DNA of 61,217 nucleotides, taken from positions 1 to 61,217 of the forward strand of contig JAWABQ010000003.1 of assembly GCA_038884575.1 (NCBI GenBank), written 5' to 3'. Every line of letters starts with the position of its first letter. The first letter of the stretch is position 1. The notes beneath the pieces were generated by a model. It saw nothing but the letters and a program-made list of their open reading frames with translations, ran no database searches and was not told the origin of the DNA. A program made the position numbers and the translations under genes. Positions 57,875-61,217 of this stretch are shown in pieces. This stretch comes from Candidatus Woesearchaeota archaeon (GTDB taxonomy: Archaea > Nanobdellota > Nanobdellia > Woesearchaeales > ARS49).

Positions 57875-58555
57875 ATGGCTGTTTTCGGCAGAAAAACCTG
57901 TGCTGATTATGTTGATGAAATAAGGAGGAGGCTTGAAATCATTGCATCATACCCTGATGCAATTCCATCACGGCCGGCAGGAATTGCCCTTGTTAGTGCT
58001 GCAAGAGCGCAGGCAAAAAGGGTGCGGACCATTCTCAAAAAAATCAGTGCGCTCAACCAGAAGGCATCGAGCGGAATGCACAATGCGTTGTTGCTCATAG
58101 AAAGTGCTGACACGCTTGACAAGTACGCAATGATAAAGCCGCAGGCAGCGCTTGCCCTGAAGTTTTTTGAAGATATTGAGTCCGCATGTAGGGCAAAGCT
58201 GGTATCCAAGAGGCTGAAGCGCGGAAAGACAAGGTCGTATGGCAGGATGATGACAATTAATGAGTTCAGGCGCCTCAGTGTGGTGGGAATACTTGAGGCT
58301 GCGGAGGAGGACGAAATGATTCCTGCATTTGAAGCGCCGCCTGCTATTGTTGATTATTTCATGAAAATAGACAAGACTGCAGTCCGCAACATTTATGCGC
58401 TCATCGGCGGGACAGGCAGCGTTGATTATGTTTTGTTCTTCAGGACAAGCATTGTGCCGACAACAATCGGCCCGCCAAGGAGGTGGCCCAAAATAATAGA
58501 GGTAAAGTTCCCCCACGGCACCCCTGTGGAAATATTTCAGGTGCGCCGGGTGTAA
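57875..58555 (+). CDS. Orphan protein (226 aa from ATG 57875)
   Basis: ORF only. The listed 57752 start would overlap the previous gene. Confidence 0.45.
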   Translation: MAVFGRKTCADYVDEIRRRLEIIASYPDAIPSRPAGIALVSAARAQAKRVRTILKKISALNQKASSGMHNALLLIESADTLDKYAMIKPQAALALKFFEDIESACRAKLVSKRLKRGKTRSYGRMMTINEFRRLSVVGILEAAEEDEMIPAFEAPPAIVDYFMKIDKTAVRNIYALIGGTGSVDYVLFFRTSIVPTTIGPPRRWPKIIEVKFPHGTPVEIFQVRRV

Positions 58556-59133
58556 TTCCTGACACAATCCAGAAGCCCGCTTGGAAGGCGGAACAATGAT
58601 GGAACCTTTTTAAGGACTTCCTTTGGGATTACGGAGAGGTACCATTGAATGCCTTTTAGTCCGTGTTTGGTATGATATTCTTCAAGCACGATGCCGGCAA
58701 GGACAGCAGCGCGCTTCTGGTCCTGCTGGGCGTATTCCCTGAATTCGTATTTCACACTTGCAGGATTTATCAGCATTAATGCAACCATTGCTGCATTCCT
58801 TGTTTTTCCGCGCAAAAACCTGGACCGTATTAGTTCTGCTGCAGGAATGTATTCAAGCTGGCCAAGCGCAAGAATATACTTGCTGCATTCATAGGGGTCA
58901 GTGCTTGCCTGAAGCAGTTTGAGTATTTCAGGTGCATTTTTCCGGATTCCAAGCCGGCCTGAGAGCCCTGTTGCAAGCGGCCTGTCACGCGGGCTTTCCA
59001 GCCAGTCAGATATCTCTCTGTAGTAAGCCTGCCTTTCTGAATGGTTTGCAGACTGGAGAATTGATGAAAGCCGCTCTATCCTGTCAGCAAGGCTTTCTTG
59101 CCGAGGCCCTTTTTTCCTTTTTTGAAGACTCAT
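58537..59133 (-). CDS. Orphan protein, possibly HEAT/PBS-lyase-like helical repeats
   Basis: ILALGQLEYIPAAELIRSRFLRGKTRNAAMVALMLI resembles HEAT-like repeats. It overlaps the convergent upstream gene by 19 nt. Confidence 0.4.
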   Translation of the reverse strand: MSLQKRKKGPRQESLADRIERLSSILQSANHSERQAYYREISDWLESPRDRPLATGLSGRLGIRKNAPEILKLLQASTDPYECSKYILALGQLEYIPAAELIRSRFLRGKTRNAAMVALMLINPASVKYEFREYAQQDQKRAAVLAGIVLEEYHTKHGLKGIQWYLSVIPKEVLKKVPSLFRLPSGLLDCVRNYTRRT

Positions 59134-59645
59134 AAACGGTAAGATGCGCGGTCAAAGAAATGAATGTTGTTTGTTTTTGGGTCGCGGATTCCAATAGTCC
59201 TTATGCCGTTTGTGCGGTGCACAACAATCTTGACACCCTCTAAGGCTCTTGGAAGTTCATTTCCTGTTGTTTTTCCAATATCATAAACATCAGCGAGGAA
59301 CTCAAGATGAGTCCGGAGGTAATCGTCTATTGCATTCTGCATCTTCCTGTCCTCCCGTCTCAGCCTGACAATCCCGTTCCTTCCGCCGTTTGACCCTCCG
59401 ATGTAGCCGTAAGTGAGTGCTGCTGTGAAGTCCTTCTTGTACTCTTCAGGATGTTTTAGTATGTCCTCCAGAAGCCTTTCAGAAAAAGTAAAACGGACAC
59501 TGCTCCCTGCTTGTTTGACCACGAGGTTTGCAGGAGCAACGCATACTGGTGTTTGAGACTTGTTGTTAAGGTATTCTTTTGCCTTCTCCCTGAATGAATC
59601 GAGTGAAAAATTTTCCTTTGTGAAGTAATTAGTGGCTTGCACCAT
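59130..59645 (-). CDS. Orphan protein (171 aa from ATG 59645)
   Basis: ORF with a 4-nt overlap to the downstream gene. No family is recognised. Confidence 0.45.
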   Translation of the reverse strand: MVQATNYFTKENFSLDSFREKAKEYLNNKSQTPVCVAPANLVVKQAGSSVRFTFSERLLEDILKHPEEYKKDFTAALTYGYIGGSNGGRNGIVRLRREDRKMQNAIDDYLRTHLEFLADVYDIGKTTGNELPRALEGVKIVVHRTNGIRTIGIRDPKTNNIHFFDRASYRL

Positions 59646-60039
59646 TGGATTAAATACGGTTTTGCTTTTTTTAAAGCTTCGCAGAAGTTTTGATGGGTGC
59701 AACAAAAATCAGCAAGCAGCAGACCAAAATTCAGAACCCTGCTTCCTGCCCAAGCCTCTTAATCAAGGAGGCATTATTTGTCAAAGTGCGAAGACGCCAA
59801 GATAATTGTTTGCAAGCGCGCGCAATTTATTACTGTATTCTGTGACAAACGTGCTTTTTGCATTCTGGATACTGAGACACTCGCTTTTGTGGGCGATAAC
59901 CTTGCTTGCAATCGTAAAAAGGTTCTTGTCCAATGCATTGTCCTTTTGCTGAAAAAGGCTTAATGGAAAACCAGGAATGGACATTAGGCAGGTCAATAAA
60001 AGCCTTAGCAAACTTCACTGTGACAAAAAAATCATAAAG

Positions 60040-60047
60040 TTAATATA
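60040..60047 (+). promoter_or_regulatory. TATA box of the double-HTH gene (leaderless arrangement)
   Basis: ttaatata is centred 26 nt upstream of ATG 60071. Confidence 0.55.
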
Positions 60048-60070
60048 GTAGTTGTTACTAACTGGTAGCT

Positions 60071-60721
60071 ATGAACTCAGAGCTTGAAACTGCTGTTGAC
60101 CAAAAGGTCAAGCCCATAGTCGGCAGCGCAATGCAGAAATACCTCGGGGTAAAGGTCTCAAACATTGAGGCAGACATTTCTGACCAGCTCAAGCGCTCAA
60201 CGCTTCTGGACATTCCCATTGACACAAAGCTCCCTTTCAAGCAGGCAAAGAAGGCATTCAAAAGGGCTTATTTGATGAGGCTGTTGAAAATACACCTCGG
60301 AAACATCTCAATAGCTGCCAGTGTGGCAGGCCTGGACAGGAGGAGCATACACAGGCTTGTATTGTCCCTGAAGGTTCCGGCGCTGAAATTCCGCGAGGAC
60401 GCAGAGCCTTCCTATGCACGCCAGGCTGCTGTGCAGGGCATTATTCAGGGGGTGTTGGAGCAGTACAAGTCTGCCCTGAACCCAATCAAATATAAGGCAC
60501 TTTCTGCGCAAACAGAGGCTATTTCAGGGGACATCGTAAAAGAGCTGCCAGAAACTCATCTGACCCTTAAGGAGGCAGAGCACGAGTTTGAAAAGGCTTA
60601 TCTGGGCCAGCTTTTGAAGGAGTGCCCGACCATAGCGCAGGCTGCAAAGCAGGCCAAGCTAAGGTATGAAGTGCTGCACAGAAAGCTGAAATTCCTTGGA
60701 ATTAGGAGCCAAAAGGCCTGA
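60071..60721 (+). CDS. DNA-binding protein with two Fis-type (HTH_8, NtrC C-terminal-like) helix-turn-helix modules
   Basis: Module 1 is FKQAKKAFKRAYLMRLLKIHLGNISIAASVAGLDRRSIHRLV. Module 2 is LKEAEHEFEKAYLGQLLKECPTIAQAAKQAKLRYEVLHRKLKFLGI. Both fit fE+.yl..aL....gN.s.AA..lG..R..L.rKlk..gi. Confidence 0.7.
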   Translation: MNSELETAVDQKVKPIVGSAMQKYLGVKVSNIEADISDQLKRSTLLDIPIDTKLPFKQAKKAFKRAYLMRLLKIHLGNISIAASVAGLDRRSIHRLVLSLKVPALKFREDAEPSYARQAAVQGIIQGVLEQYKSALNPIKYKALSAQTEAISGDIVKELPETHLTLKEAEHEFEKAYLGQLLKECPTIAQAAKQAKLRYEVLHRKLKFLGIRSQKA

Positions 60722-60866
60722 TTTTTTGGGCATAAAATGCCAGGTTTCTTCGCCAATAATGGCTTAAAATGGCAATATGACAAAAATGTCACAGTGGGTG
60801 TGAGTAAAACGAAAGCTTTAAATATTAGTACCACTTCTAAGTAGTCATTAAACAGGGGGTGTCTAT

Positions 60867-61217
60867 ATGGCATTCATCCACAAGAACGTTAACAATGCAT
60901 TGATGCTGGTCATAGCATTCCTCTCAGTTGCCCTTACGGCAACCACAGTGTACAGCATTGGGGTGTTCACTGACATCAATGATGCTTATGCCGAGCAGGC
61001 AATGCGTGCTGATGAGCTTCAGAGGCAGCTTGCCGAAAAGGAAGCCATGACTGACAGCCTCAAGCAGGCTGCACAGCTTACACAGGAGCGTGAAGCTGCC
61101 CTTGCAACCATACTTGAGAAGCAGCGTCAGGAGGCACAGCAGCAGGCTGTCAGCGCACAGGCAACTGTGGCTGCAACGAACACTGCTGTAAAGACGCAGA
61201 CTGCAAAGGCAAGCGTC
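60867..61217 (+). CDS. N-terminally anchored coiled-coil protein, 3' end cut by the window edge (paralogue of 41141..41695)
   Basis: MAFIHKNVNNALMLVIAFLSVALTATTVYSIGVFTDINDAYAEQA compares with MAYITKNANIVLLFLILISAGALVAATVFFQENFDRINDAYSAKKA. The frame is open to the window end, and AGGGGG lies 9 nt upstream. Confidence 0.6.
   Translation, partial: MAFIHKNVNNALMLVIAFLSVALTATTVYSIGVFTDINDAYAEQAMRADELQRQLAEKEAMTDSLKQAAQLTQEREAALATILEKQRQEAQQQAVSAQATVAATNTAVKTQTAKASV

Noticed and set aside
59130-59645. A RelE/ParE-like toxin suggested by the C-terminal string KIVVHRTNGIRTIGIRDPKTNNIHFFDRASY.
   Set aside because: The resemblance is a loose beta-hairpin pattern only. The protein is twice the size of RelE/ParE toxins, and no small antitoxin-like partner is adjacent.

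Overview
This window is a compact archaeal chromosome segment. Archaeal markers include TFB, a family-B DNA polymerase, r-proteins L31e/L39e/S19e/S6e, the exosome/proteasome superoperon (Pop5-PsmA-SBDS-Rrp4-Rrp41-Rrp42, followed by RpoK), Cbf5, Pth2, AMP phosphorylase, and a tRNA with a canonical bulge-helix-bulge intron. I call about 70 protein genes and 3 tRNAs: Val-GAC with an 18-nt intron, Ser-TGA, and Lys-CTT. Three recognisable genes are shorter than the 60-aa ORF-track cutoff: L39e, a Trm112-like protein, and a zinc ribbon. First genes of transcription units carry a TATA box centred about 26 nt upstream of the ATG, implying leaderless mRNAs. Internal genes overlap their neighbours by 1-4 nt or carry GGAGG-type ribosome-binding sites. 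Several convergent gene pairs abut or overlap. Gene content and compaction suggest a small-genome uncultivated archaeon, possibly DPANN-like; this is inference only. Housekeeping genes are interspersed with many secreted, lipoprotein and Cys-rich surface proteins and several orphan clusters. The best candidates for undescribed biology are:
- An orphan 93-aa + 780-aa operon (44724-47354) next to an HTH/PIN-like pair. The 780-aa protein has an N-terminus resembling sigma-54 region I.
- A four-helix-bundle (23S-rRNA-IVS / Avd-like) gene cassette flanked by inverted heptad arrays, inserted between moxR and DUF58 inside a six-gene MoxR-VWA cluster.
- Two membrane-anchored paralogues built from a CX3C-X13-CX4C repeat, downstream of a palindrome-embedded TATA box.
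- A protein made of two Fis-type HTH_8 modules, near REC and pseudo-REC genes and three orphan genes.
- A 16-nt duplication of the tRNA-Ser 5' end.
- A roughly 60-nt motif shared by two distant promoter-upstream regions.

No CRISPR array, rRNA, transposase, integrase or reverse transcriptase was seen. All family assignments rest on motif recognition by eye and need profile or structure searches.
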